From Nymphaea colorata (taxonomy: Eukaryota), in the NCBI RefSeq assembly GCF_008831285.2, contig NC_045138.2, forward strand, positions 36,146,001 to 36,210,000: a stretch of 64,000 nucleotides of DNA, written 5' to 3'. Below the pieces are notes generated by a model. It was not told where the DNA came from. It made no database searches and was given only the letters and a program-made list of their open reading frames with translations. Positions within the stretch are counted from its first letter, which is position 1. Every line of letters begins with the position of its first letter. The translations under genes and the position numbers were made by a program. Positions 24,801 through 39,414 of this stretch are shown in pieces.

Positions 24801-27800
24801 CAGATTTGACCTCTGATCTATGCCAGAGATACAAAAGTCCAATCCAACATCTAAACCGGATCAGATCAGACCTCTGATCTAGATGTTAAGTTCAAAGTCT
24901 AAACCTGACATCTAAACCATATCAAATCAAACCTTTGATCCAAACTGTTAATCAAAAATTGAAAGTCGACAGTAAATGCATATCAGGTTAGACCTCTGAT
25001 ATCAGCCCTAAATCAAAAATCAAAGTTCAACACGTAAAACTGATAAGATAAAAGTAAACCATTGATTCAAACCCTATATCTTAAGTCCTCACTCCAACAT
25101 TTAAAGCAGATCAGATTAGACCTCTGACCTATGCGAAAGATAAAAAAGTCGAATCCAACATCAAAATCGGATTAGATTAGACCTCTAATCCATTGTTCAG
25201 GTTCAAAGTTCAAATCCAACATCCAAACCAGTTTAGATGAGACGCTTTGATCGATGCCCTAGATCCTAAGTCTAATCCAACATTTTAATCGAATTAGATT
25301 TGACCTCCGGTCCATAGCAGAGATACGAAAGTGTAATCCAACATTAAAACCGGATCAGATTAGACCCCTGGTCTAGATGTTAGGTTCAACGTATAAATCT
25401 AACATCTAAACCAGATCATGTCAGGCCTTTGATCCAAACTATTGATCCCAAATTGAAAGCCTACATGGAAAGCTGATCAGATTAGACCACTGATCCTATA
25501 CCGAAATTGAAAATTGAAATTCAACACTTAAAACCGATCATATTAGACCTTTAATTTATACCAGAAATAAAAAAGTCAAATCCAACATCAAAACCGGATC
25601 GGACTAGACCTCTGATGCATATATCAGGTTCAAAGTTCAAATCCAACATCTAAACCGGGTCAGGTGAGACCTCTGATCCAGATCCTAGTTTGAAAATCAA
25701 AATCCTACACCTAAGACCGATCAGATTAGACCTCTGATTGAAAACCTAGATCCTATACCCAATCCAACATTTAAAATCGGATCAGATTTGACCTCTGATC
25801 TATGCCAGAGATACAAAAGTCTAATCCAACATCTAAACCGGATCAGATCAGACCTCTGATCTAGATGTTAAGTTCAAAGTCTAAACCTGACATCTAAACC
25901 ATGTCAAATCAAACTTTCGATCCAAACTGTTAATCAAAAATTGAAAGTCGACAGTAAATGCATATCGGGTTAGACCTTTGATATCAGCTCGAAATAAAAA
26001 ATCAAAATTCAACACATAAAACTGATAAGATAAATGTAAACCATTGATTGGAACCCTATATCTTAAGTTTCCACTCCAACATTTAAAGCAGATCAGATTA
26101 GACCTCTGACCTATGCGAAAGATAAAAAAGTCGAATCCAACATCAAAACCGGATTAGATTAGACCTCTAATCCATTGTTTAGGTTCAAAGTTCAAATCCA
26201 ACATCCAAACCAGTTTAGATGAGACGCTTTGATCGATGCCCTAGATCCTAAGTCTAATCAAACATTTTAATCGAATTAGATTTGACCTTCGGTCCATACC
26301 AGAGATATGAAAGTCTAATCCAACATTAAAACCGGATCAGATTAGACCCCTGGTCTAGATGTTAGGTTCAACGTATAAATCCAACATCTAAACCAGATCA
26401 TATCAGACCTTTGATCCAAACTGTTGATCACAAATTGAAAGCCTACACTGAAAGCTGATCAGATTAGACCTCTGATCCTGTACCAAAATCGAAAATTGAA
26501 ATTCAACACTTAAAACTGACCATATTAGACCTTTGATCTATACCAGAAATAAAAAAAGTCAAATCCAACATCAAAACCAGATCAGACTAGACCTCTGATC
26601 CATATATCAGGTTCAAAGTTCAAATCCAACATCTAAGCCGGGTCAGGTGAGACCTCTGATCCAGATCCTAGTTTGAAAATCAAAATCCCACACCTAAGAC
26701 CGATCAGATTAGACCTCTGATTGAAAACCTAGATCCTACGCCCAATCCAACATTTAAAATCGGATCAGATTTGACCTCTGATCTATGCCAGAGATACAAA
26801 AGTCCAATCCAACATCTAAACCGGATCAGATCAGACCTCTGATCTAGATGTTAAGTTCAAAGTCTAAACCTGACATCTAAACCATATCAAATCAAACCTT
26901 TGATCCAAACTGTTAATCAAAAATTGAAAGTCGACAGTAAATGCATATCAGGTTAGACCTCTGATATCAGCCCTAAATCAAAAATCAAAGTTCAACACGT
27001 AAAACTGATAAGATAAAAGTAAACCATTGATTCAAACCCTATATCTTAAGTCCTCACTCCAACATTTAAAGCAGATCAGATTAGACCTCTGACCTATGCG
27101 AAAGATAAAAAAGTCGAATCCAACATCAAAATCGGATTAGATTAGACCTCTAATCCATTGTTTAGGTTCAAAGTTCAAATCCAACATCCAAACCAGTTTA
27201 GATGAGACGCTTTGATCGATGCCCTAGATCCTAAGTCTAATCCAACATTTTAATCGAATTAGATTTGACCTCCGGTCCATAGCAGAGATACGAAAGTGTA
27301 ATCCAACATTAAAACCGGATCAGATTAGACCCCTGGTCTAGATGTTAGGTTCAACGTATAAATCTAACATCTAAACCAGATCATGTCAGACCTTTGATCC
27401 AAACTATTGATCCCAAATTGAAAGCCTACATGGAAAGCTGATCAAATTAGACCACTGATCCTATACCGAAATTGAAAATTGAAATTCAACACTTAAAACC
27501 GATCATATTAGACCTTTAATTTATACCAGAAATAAAAAAGTCAAATCCAACATCAAAACCGGATCGGACTAGACCTCTGATGCATATATCAGGTTCAAAG
27601 TTCAAATCCAACATCTAAACCGGGTCAGGTGAGACCTCTGATCCAGATCCTAGTTTGAAAATCAAAATCCTACACCTAAGACCGATCAGATTAGACCTCT
27701 GATTGAAAACCTAGATCATATACCCAATCCAACATTTAAAATCGGATCAGATTTGACCTCTGATCTATGCCAGAGATACAAAAGTCTAATCCAACATCTA

Positions 27801-30800
27801 AACCGGATCAGATCAGACCTTTGATCTAGATGTTAAGTTCAAAGTCTAAACCTGACATCTAAACCATGTCAAATCAAACTTTCGATCCAAACTGTTAATC
27901 AAAAATTGAAAGTCGACAGTAAATGCATATCGGGTTAGACCTTTGATATCAGCCCGAAATAAAAAATCAAAATTCAACACATAAAACTGATAAGATAAAT
28001 GTAAACCATTGATTGGAACCCTATATCTTAAGTTTCCACTCCAACATTTAAAGTAGATCAGATTAGACCTCTGACCTATGCGAAAGATAAAAAAGTCGAA
28101 TCCAACATCAAAACCGGATTAGATTAGACCTCTAATCCATTGTTTTGGTTCAAAGTTCAAATCCAACATCCAAACCAGTTTAGATGAGACGCTTTGATCG
28201 ATTAATCGAATTAGATTTGACCAAAGTCTAATCCAACATTAAAACCGGATCAGATTAGACCCCTGATCTAGATGTTAGGTTCAACGTATAAATCCAACAT
28301 CTAAACCAGATCATATCATACCTTTGATCCAAACTTTTGATCACAAATTGAAAGCCTACACTAAAAGCTGATCAGATTAGACCTCTATCCTGTACCAAAA
28401 TCGAAAATTGAAATTCAACACTTAAAACCGACCATATTAGACCTTTGATCTATACCAAAAATAAAAAATGTCAAATCCAACATCAATACCAGATCAGACT
28501 AGACCTCTGATCCATACATCAGGTTCAAAGTTCAAATCCAACATCTAAGCCGTATCAGGTGAGACATCTGATCCGGATCCTAGTTTGAAAATCAAAATCC
28601 TACACCTAAGACCGATCAGATTAGACCTCTGATTTAAAACCTAGATCCTATGCCCAATCCAACATTTAAAATCGGATCAGATTTGACCTCTGATCTATGC
28701 CAGAGATACAAAAGTCCAATCCAACATCCAAACCGGATCAGATCAGACCTCTGATCTAGATGTTAAGTTCAAAGTCTAAACCTGACATCTAAACCATATC
28801 AAATCAAACCTTTGATCCAAACTTTTAATCAAAAATTGAAAGTCGACAGTAAATGCATATCAGGTTAGACCTCTGATATCAGCCCTAAATAAAAAATCAA
28901 AAATCAACACCTAAAACTGATAAGATAAAAGTAAACCATTGATTCAAACCCTATATCTTAAGTCCCCACTCCAACATTTAAAGCAGATCAGATTAGACCT
29001 CTGACCTATGCGAAAGATAAAAAAGTCGAATCCAACATCAAAATCGGATTAGATTAGACCTCTAATCCATTGTTTAGGTTCAAAGTTCAAATCCAACATC
29101 CAAACCAGTTTAGATGAGACGCTTTGATCGATGCCCTAGATCCTAAGTCTGATCCAACATTTAAATCGAATTAGATTTGCCCTCCGGTCTATACCGGAGA
29201 TACGAGAGTCTAATTCAACATTAAAACCGGATCAGGTTAGACCCCTGATCTAGATGTTAGGTTCAACGTATAAATCCAACATCTAAACCAGATCATATCA
29301 GACCTTTGATCCGAACTCTTGATCACAAATTGAAAGCCTACACTGAAAGCTTAACAGATTAGACCTCTGATCCTGTACCAAAATCAAAAATTGAAATTCA
29401 ACACTTAAAACCGATCATATTAGACCTTTAATTTATACCAGAAATAAAAAAGTCAAATCCAACATCAAAACCGGATCGGACTAGACCTCTGATCCATATA
29501 TCAGGTTCAAAGTTCAAATCCAACATCTAAACCGGGTCAGGTGAGACCTCTGATCTAGATCCTAGTTTGAAAATCAAAATCCTACACCTAAGACCGATCA
29601 GATTAGACCTCTGATTGAAAACCTAGATCCTATACCCAATCCAACATTTAAAATCGGATCAGATTTGACCTCTGATCTATGCCAGAGATACAAAAGTCCA
29701 ATCCAACATCTAAACCGAATCAGATCAGACCTCTGATCTAGATGTTAAGTTCAAAGTCTAAACCTGACATCTAAACCATATGAAATCAAACCTTTGATCC
29801 AAACTGTTAATCAAAAATTGAAAGTCGACAGTAAATGCATATCAGGTTAGACCTCTGATATCAGCCCTAAATAAAAAATCAAAAATCAACACCTAAAACT
29901 GATAAGATAAAAGTAAACCATTGATTCAAACCCTATATCTTAAGTCCCCACTCCAACATTTAAAGCAGATCAGATTAGACCTCTGACCTATGCGAAAGAT
30001 AAAAAAGTCGAATCCAACATCAAAACCGGATTAGATTAGACCTCTAATCCATTGTTTAGGTTCAAAGTTCAAATCCAACATCCAAACCAGTTTAGATGAG
30101 ACACTTTGATCGATGTCCTAGATCCTAAGTCTAATCCAACATTTAAATCGAATTAGATTTGACCTCCGGTCTATACCAGAGATACGAGAGTCTAATTCAA
30201 CATTAAAACCGGATCAGGTTAGACCCCTGATCTAGATGTTAGGTTCAACGTATAAATCCAACATCTAAACCAGATCATATCAGACCTTTGATCCAAACTG
30301 TTGATCACAAATTGAAAGCCTACACTAAAAGCTGATCGGATTAGACCTCTGATCCTGTACCAAAATCGAAAATTGAAATTCAACACTTAAAACTGACCAT
30401 ATTAGACCTTTGATTTAAGAAATAGAAAAAGTCAAATCCAACATCAAAACCGGATCAGACTAGACCTCTGATCCATATGTTAGGTTCAAAATTCAAATCC
30501 AACATCGAAACCGGGTCAGGTGAGACATCTGATCCGGATCCTAGTTTGAAAATCAAAATCCTACACCTAAGACCGATCAGATTAGAGCTCTGATTGAAAA
30601 CCTAGATCCTATGCCCAGTCCAACATTTAAAATTGGATCAGATTTGACCTCTGATCTATGCCAGACATACAAATGTTGAATCCAACATCTAAAACGGATC
30701 ATATCAGACCTCTGATCTAGATGGTAAGTTCAAAGTCTAAACCTGACCTCTAAACCATAACAAATCAAACCATTGATCCAAACTGTTAATCAAAAATTGA

Positions 30801-33700
30801 AAGTCGACAGTAAATGCATATCAGATTAGACCTCTGATATCAGCCCTAAATCAAAAATCAATCAAATATCAAAATTCAACACCTAAAACTGATAAGATAA
30901 AAGTAAACCATTGGTTGAAACCCTATGTCTTAAGTCCCCACTCCAACATTTAAAGCAGATCAGCTTAGACCTTTGACCTATGCCAAAGATAAAAAAGTCG
31001 AATCCAACATCAAAACCGGATTAGATTAGACCTCTAATCCATTGTTCTGGTTCAAAGTTCAAATCGAACATCCAAATCGGTTTAGATGAGACGCTTTGAT
31101 CGATGCCCTAGATCCTAAGTCCAATCGAACTTTTAAATCGAATTAGATTTGACCTCTATCTATACCAGAGATACGAAAGTATAATTCAACATTAACCCAT
31201 GATCTAGATGTTAGGTTTAACGTATAAATCCAGCATCTAAACCAGATCATATCAGACCTTTGATCCAAACTGTTGATCACAAATTGAAAGCCTATACTGA
31301 AAGCTGATCAGATTAGACCTTTCATCCTGTACCAAAATCGAAAAGTGAAATTCAACACTTAAAACCGATCATATTAGACCTTTGATTTATACCAGAAATA
31401 AAAAAGTCAAATCCAACATCAAAACCGGATCAGACTAGACCTCTGATCCATATATCAGGTACAAAGTTCAAATCCAACATCTAAACCGGGTCAAGTGAGA
31501 CCTCTGATCCAGATCCTAATTTGAAAATCAAAATCCTACACCTAAGACCGATCAGATTAGACCTCTGATTGAAAACCTAGATCCTATGCCCAATCCAACA
31601 TTTAAAATCGGATCAGATTTGACCTGTGATCTATGCCAGAGATACAAAAGTGCAATCCAACATCTAAACTGGATCAGATCAGACCTCTGATCTAGATGTT
31701 AAGTTTAAAGTCTAAACCTGACATCTAAACCATATCAAATCAAACCTTTGATCCAAACTGTTAATCAAAAATTGAAAGTCGACAGTAAAGGCATATCAGG
31801 TTAGACCTCTGATATCAGCCCTAAATAAAAAAACAAAATTCAACACATAAAACTGATAAGATAAAAGTAAACCATTGATTGAAACCCTATATCTTAAGTT
31901 TCCACTCCAACATTTAAAGCAGATCAGATTAGGCCTCTGATATATATCAAAGGTTAAAAAAAAGTCAAATCCAACATCAAAGACCGAATCAGATTAGACC
32001 TTTAATTAATATATCAGGTTCAAAGTTCATTCCAGCATCTAAACCGGGTCTGGTTAGACGTGTGATCCAGACCTTAGATTGAAGTGCGAAATCCAACACC
32101 TATGACCTATCGGATTAGACCTTTGATCGAAACCTTAGATCTGAGTCCAACGCAACATTTAAATCAGATCAGATCAGATTTGACCTCTGATCTATACAAG
32201 AGATACAAAACTCCAATCCTTCATTTGAATTGGATCAGATCAGACCTCTGATCGAGATGATATGTTCAAAGTGTAAACCCAACATCTAAACCAAATTAGA
32301 TCAAACCTCTGATCCATACTGTTGATCAAAAATTGAAAGCCGACACTTAAAATTGATCAGATTAGACCTCTGATCCTGTCCCTAAATTGAAAATCGAAAT
32401 CCAACACTTAAAACAGATCAGATTAGACCTCTTATTCAAACCTTATAACTTAAGTCCCCACTCCAACATTTAAACCAGATCAGATTAGACCTCTCATTTA
32501 TACCATAGAAAACAAAATCAAATCCAACATAACAATTGGATTAGACCTCTTATCCACATATCATGTTCAATGTTCAAATCCAAAATCTAATCCGGATTAG
32601 ATCAGACCTCTGATCCGAACCCTAAATTGAAAAGCGAAATCCACCTAAAACCGATCATATTAGACCTCTGATCCAAACCATATATTCTAAGGCCAGTCCA
32701 ACATTTAAATCAGATTAGTTTTGACCTTTGATCTATATCAGAGAAATAAAAGTCAAATTCAACATCAAAACTAGGTCAGATTAGATGTCTGATCTAGAGT
32801 TAGTGTCACAGTATAAATCCAACATCTAAACCAAATCAAATCAGACTTTTGATCTCAAACTGTTAATCGAAAATTGAAATCCGACTCTAGAAACCGATTA
32901 GATTAGACCTTTGATCCAGGTCCTAAATCAAAAATCAAAATCCAATACCTAAAACTAATCATATTAGACCTCTGATCTATACGAGAGAAAAAAAATGTCA
33001 AATCCAACATCCAAGCTAGACGTCTAATCCATATATCAGGTTCAAGTTCAAATTCATCATCTAAACCGGATCAGGTTAGACCTCTGATCCAAACCCTAGA
33101 TTGAAAAGCTAAATCTAACACCTAAAACTGATTGGATTATACCTGTGATCGAAACCATAGATCCTTAGTCAAATCCAACATTTAAATCGGATCAGATTTG
33201 ACCTCTGATCTATACTAGATATCCATAAATCCAATCCAACATCTAAACCAGATCAGATTAGACCTCTTATCCAGACTCTAGATTGAAAAGCGAAATCCAA
33301 CACCTAAAACCTATCATATTAGAGACCTCTGATCGAAACCTATATCCTAAGTCCAATCCAACATTTAAATCAGATCAGACTAGACCTCTGATCTACACTG
33401 GGATACAAAAGTCAAATCCAACATTGAAAGCAGATCAGATTAGACCTCTAGATGTGAGGTTTCATAGTTCAAATCTAACTTGTAAACCATATTAGATTAT
33501 GCCTCTGGTCTAGATCCTATGTTTGAAATGTAAATCTAACATTTACAACGGATCAGATTAGACCCATGATCCAAATCTCAAATTCAAAACCCAAATTCTG
33601 CAAATAAACTAGATCAGATTGTACATTTGATCCAAACTACAGACCTTAAATCTGAATTGAACACCAAATCTACGTCACATCAGACGTATGATCTAACCCA
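21819..33700. repeat. Satellite array of ~61 bp monomers with 16-mer (~982 bp) and 32-mer (1965 bp) higher-order repeats
   Basis: Monomer core aaatccaacatctaaaccggatcagattagacctctgatc plus a ~20 bp variable segment. Measured at the final tt of taaaccattgatt, the once-per-unit marker recurs at 22118, 23101, 24083, 25066, 26048, 27031, 28013, 28943, 29925, 30915 and 31879. There is no long ORF across the array. Confidence 0.97.
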
Positions 33701-33739
33701 CTTGATTGATGATCAAATCTAAATATTGTTGTTCATCAA

Positions 33740-34200
33740 AATACTCATTGGATTATCTTTGATATTCGCGAAATCTTGTATAATGGTTTATGATATTGTT
33801 TTCTGATAACAAATATTGAGTGTGGGATTGCTTGTCCGAGAGGTCCTTTGGGAACGATTTTAGAAAAGGATATGTATATTGTATGAGCAATAGATGATAT
33901 CAAATAGAAATTCACTTGGACATGTGAAGTTGATTGATAGTTTGGTGAAAGTGTTTGCCTTAGTGATGGTACTTGACTCTTCTTTCTAAATAGGGGCACT
34001 ATCTTGATGAAAAATTTTGCTGGCTGATCTCTCTTCTTGTCTTTGACATTGTTCATCACCTTCGGAAGAGTGTTTTATGGATGGTTTGGCGAAAAGAACT
34101 ATGATCTTTCGTTGGTTTTGACTCTTTAGAGATTACCTGCTTTGCTGAAAGAGCTTATGCTGAAGTTGCAGTTGGACTTGCTCGAGCTGATACCAAGTTG
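33740..34200 (+). mobile_element. Possible highly degenerate LINE (L1-type ORF2 C-terminal) remnant
   Basis: Fragmentary motifs such as FTWTCEVD (~33911) and LWMVWRK (~34074), followed by a frameshifted IF, resemble the W-x-x-W-x-x-R-N motif near the end of plant L1 ORF2. Many stops. Confidence 0.3.
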
Positions 34201-37200
34201 TTTCTCTCCATATATTGGCATTCTTATGTGGCATGTCTATTAGTAGACATACTCTTTTGTCTTTGTCATTATTAAGGAGGCTCTACCCAGGAAAACTCCT
34301 TTTTGGCATTTTTTGCTTTACATAGTAGGCAGCGATTGAAATTGCTGTTGATCCTGCCCTAAAAGAGTGGAGGAAGACGGCTAGTAAAGTACGGCTTGAA
34401 AGTGGCCTTTGGTAGTTGGTGAAAGAAAAAAGTAAAAGATGAGTTTGACACGTCATTTCCAGCACTATGAAATGGTGGACAACTATTCAAACTTTCAAAG
34501 TATTATATTTTGTGATTCAAACGCATACTGGACATGATCACGACTTGTTCTCTTTGACGAGAACCTAATGCTCCATGGAACACGTCTTCTAAGAACATAT
34601 GCTCCAACGACTGAATCTTACGAAACCCAATTTGTTCTTAACCTAATACCGTACCGATAGATGTCATAGTTCTTTTGGTAAAAGTCAGTTTTCAAATGCA
34701 ATGAAATGTGCCTGGGTTTGTTTACTTGGACCTGCTTACAACTCCATCTATGGCACTCCACTTGTTTCGACATGTTTTGCTTGTCCTATTCTATACTTTT
34801 GCTTTCTATTTGTTCATTGGTTGGTGTCCTTGGGAATCTTTTTTTTTTTGTGACTTGAGGTCATTTAACATTTGCTGCCTTCATTTTGTTAATGGAGGCA
34901 AGATTTAATAAGACCCACATTTTGAATTAGTTTCACCGAGGGGAACATGCACAACCAGGTCTGAAATGGATTTTTAGATCCATGCAGATTAATATTGAGT
35001 ATTTTGTGAAACAGTTTCCTTCTTAGTAGGCCTATTCCTCTAAGGCCCCTTTCATGGCCCATCTTGATGGTTCTCTAATCTCTAGTTTTTGGGTGGAATG
35101 CTCACTGGCTCCCTTTAGCATGCGGCTTCGCATGTGATCGAGCGCCTTATCTTCATTCGGTTTTTGCCTCTCAACCTCATGGTCATGGCATATGCTTTAA
35201 CTCTATAATGTGTTTCTGCTTCTTGTATGCCTCAACGGCCTCACCATGGCCTGTCAATGCTCTAGGGCATGGCCCCTTTTATTTTTTCTTAAATCTCTCT
35301 GTCACTCTCTCTACCAAAGGTTGTCTACAATCTGGGCACAACCCCTCGTTTATTTTTCAAAGTCTCTCTCTCCCTCCCCCTCTCTATTGGAGCCCGTGGT
35401 TGTGGCTGCACCTGTGATGGCATGGTTTGCAAATACATAGGGGCATGTCCCCTCATTAAGGAGCTATTAATCCCCATTTGAAACTTGCATTTTTTTTTTC
35501 GGTTTACCATGTGACCAGATGGCTGGAAATTGTGGGGATTGGCCATTGGGTTTTTGAAGGAGAATAGATGATCGTGGTACGCTGTAATGTGGGTAGGAGA
35601 TGAAAATTATGCAGTGGTGATTCCGTGCACTTATTTTGAGTGTTTTAGTTGATTTGTTAGTCATGTACAACATCTGTGGTGCGTCTAATGTTCAGATGGT
35701 GAGCTTAGGTCTCTGCTGCAATTTCTCTTTGCACGGTAGAGTTGCAACTCTTTGTCCTTCCTTACTTGGGATTATATACTGAAGGGCTTATACTGCAAGT
35801 GATTCGAGCAAGTTGTAGACTATGATGCATTTCGTTTGAGCAGGTGTGCATGATTAAGTTTTACTTATTGTTTTCTATTACTGTTTTAGCTCAAACTTTT
35901 TGCCCGCTCCAAATAGAGCACAATGGTAGCATGAGTAGCAGCAGCTTACTGCAACTTTCTTTTGCAGTATGACTGAACCAATGGAGCATATGTTTATATA
36001 GGCAAGGAAGACATGAATGCTGCAGAAAATGAAGGCAATTCGTGATGGTAAATTTTTTGAGCAAATGTTTCCTAGCTCTATGCCTTAAAAGGATTATGTA
36101 CATGTTTAGGGAATACACTGTTTAATTAAGCAATTTTTTTTTTCCTAAAGTGGGCAACTTGAGGATGACACGTCTATTAACTTATTTGATATGCCATATA
36201 TGTGTCTTTGTAATGCCTGTTGCATTCCTGTATATGTTTTCTGTAGTGCTTGTCAATGTTGTTATATGTACACTTCCTGTTGTGGGACTTCTATTCTCTT
36301 GCTATTGCTTTCTTGTGGAAAGCCGCCAAGTAATTCGCCTTCCACCTCATTATTACAACTGTTGAAGCTGACCTTATGGTTCCATTTCAATTGATAGGTC
36401 TTATCATGCTCTTTGAGGCTCTTCACTTCTGTCAGCACAGGGCATTGCATATGATTTTTCTGCTATGTATCTTAGTTGGCAAATTTATGTTACTTTGAGG
36501 AAATTTATTTTAATTTGTCACAGCAGCATAGTAAAGTTGTTAACTAATTTTAGACTTGATAAATTACATGAAAGCTATCAAATTTGGTAGTCAGTCTGCA
36601 AAGAAGAGATATTAGAGTAGTTTGCAATTTTAGCAATTTGCATGATAACATCATGTGCATGTGCAGCATTATGCATGTATATTGCCATTAGGATATCTGT
36701 CTGTCAATAACCTGCTTTCATCTGCCTGTTTATCTTTGTTGGAGCATGCCTTTCACCAGTCTAGGATATCGTATATGAGAAGTTATGCAAACATGTTCAG
36801 AATTTAAACATCTTGTGATTTTTCTTAATGCACAAAAAAATTTTATCCATAGGCTGCATACTGTTCAAGTAATTTGAAGCAGTCGGTGCAAAAGGGATTG
36901 GCATTTGTTATAAAAAAATGTAACTTGTGCTGCCCTATCTTCTCTTCTTCAGTTGTTTTTCATGTTTTCCTGGAAATAAATAATTATAGTTGATGCAATT
37001 GTCATTGATATGTATTAAGTGCAAGAAAGTAGTGGCCTTCAGAGCATATTACAGTATTTGAAAATTAGTAAGCACGAGACAAGTCTGTCTGTATAGCTTG
37101 TCTTCTTTCAAACCCTCATTTAAGGTGGAATTTAGATACCGGATTTGTGCCAAGCCACTATTGCATTTAATGTCCTCTTGTGTACCTCAACAAGGTGGGT

Positions 37201-39414
37201 CTATCAACGTTGTAATGTTTCTGCTTTATAAGAGAAGGGGCTTTTCCACTCAATACGTGTTTCTCTTGATGGCTGAGATTTTTGTATTGTACATCTTCTT
37301 GCTTCATCAATTGGATTGGTTGAATTGCTTATTGCGAGACTTTTGTCCACTAATATTTGTCAGCTTTAATATCAGTCCCTTTTAGGCCATTGGTTCAGTG
37401 TCAAGTATACTTGATGGTCTCATGAAACTATGTTCAGAATTCTGCTGGATTCTTGGGCTTCATGAAAGTTGTTCATGCACGTCTGAATTGGAACACATTA
37501 GAGAGGTAATTGTAAGATTCATGGGTGGCTGAATCATTTTGCCTTTTTATCTGGACCTTGATTGACCAACCATTTTCATATGTCAAAATAAATAGGAAGG
37601 CATCAGTTGCATGAACTAGTGTTTTTCACGATAAAAGCATCAAAATATTTGCAATAGAACTGCTTGGGTCGTCGGGGGAGATAGAAAAAGAGAGAGAGAG
37701 AGAGAGAGAGAGAATGAGACTATTTGACAGTTTGAAAGGATGATCATGGTTTTCTTGTAACATGAGACCATCTGTTCAATGGTTTCTTCCCAAGAGGTTG
37801 ATCTTGGTTTTACAGTTGGGCTTTTAGTTCTTTCAAGCCTTGCCTTGTCATAATTGGGACCTGAAGCCACTTGGATTTGGCTAGAGTCTGTCATTTAGTG
37901 ATATTTTAATTGCCAAGATGATTTTGCATCCTTTAAAAAATTTACGAATCGACGTAAAAAATTTATTCTTTTACATGGAAAATGAGTTTCAGTTGATTAA
38001 AAATAGTGGCATAAAAATTGCTTTGCTTCGATATTTTTAAAATATTTTAAAATTGTCTTGTTTTAATTAAAATGGACTATGTTAATATATTTTTAACATA
38101 TTTTGGCAGTTTAACTTGAACGTTCGGATTTGTCAAAACGGCATCTTCACCAAGCTAATTTACATACCGACCTTTATCGCGCTCATTTAAGAAAAAATTG
38201 ACGGCCAAAAAGTATGTGGAAGCCCACCGTAGGAAAAGGTAGGAATGGAAAGAAAATCGAGTAAACAGGGTGAGGTGATTACACCAGCGTTTTGAGACAA
38301 CCGGTAAGTTACTATTATGCAAAATAAAAAATAATTAATAATAGTATCAAAAGATATTTGAAGAAAACAATCTATATTCACTTGATTGATTTTAAGAGTT
38401 AAATGATAAGCGTATAAATTCATATTGTCAGCTTATATTGGTGAAATTCATTGTTTGTAATTGCTTCTAAAAGTAAGTTGTTTAACCTTAATGCATGAAT
38501 AAGTATATATCGATTATGATTTTTCAAAAGTCTATCACTGAGGATTTTTGCTGAGGCATTAAATGTCGACGTTTCTTTTCATTTTTAATTTGTTTACGTA
38601 TCGATCTTGGTCGCCTGATTTGAAAGGGCGATGGAAAGAATGGTTTGCGTTCCATGTCCCGCTGGTTGGCTGTAGCCCGGTCTGGACACCATGCACCGCC
38701 TCAAATTAGCAGAAATGGCCACCGTCCTCTTTCTCCACCCACAGACCAGCGAAGGAATCTTCTGACATCCCACGGATAAATGATGGGGACTGCCGGACTG
38801 GTTCTTCACAAGATATTAAAGTACCTCCAAACGCTATTATTCGTAAGATGCACGACGTCAATGGAGGGTGGATTAGAAGTCCTCCAAGAAGGAGAAAAGA
38901 TGGCAAGGGAGGATTCTATTGTTGACTCTCCTCCATCTTTTCCAGTGGCATCCTTTTCCGCGTCGCTTTTGGAACATCACTCAAGGAAAAAGTAAATCTC
39001 AAGCGAAATTTTGAGCAGGCATTTTACAGTGGTTGGAGGTGACTTCCAAAAGTGCTGAAGTTTTGAAAATCTATACGTAGTTGCTGACTTTGAACAATAT
39101 AAATGGCTTTGATATATTCGATTATTAATATGATTTAGATTTTAGCTGACTGAATTTTATACTAGACAAAGTTGTTTTTAGAAAATTGGAGTCATTAAAC
39201 ATGGAATCCGACTAAGCTGAATTTGATAAAGGCTGGACTGAGCGGAACTAGAACAGATTATTAGTCTAATGTGATTGGGGATTGGTCTTCCTGCTTACCT
39301 GGAGTATGTTCTTGCTAAAAGATTAAAAGTGCTTTTGTGAAATATTCTTTTTTACGCCCTTGATATTTCTTCAAAAGTTGAGTGGTTTGCTTTTTATTTT
39401 TTCTTCCTGTGCAG

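Noticed and set aside
33283..33495. 70 aa ORF with repeated KSNPT..DQ.RPL
   Set aside because: Chance read-through of satellite monomers. The ~61 bp period breaks the frame elsewhere.
21819..33700. CRISPR-like look: palindromic conserved repeat plus variable spacer
   Set aside because: The spacers recur periodically and are related to each other, the repeats vary, there are no cas genes and the context is a plant nuclear genome. It is a satellite.
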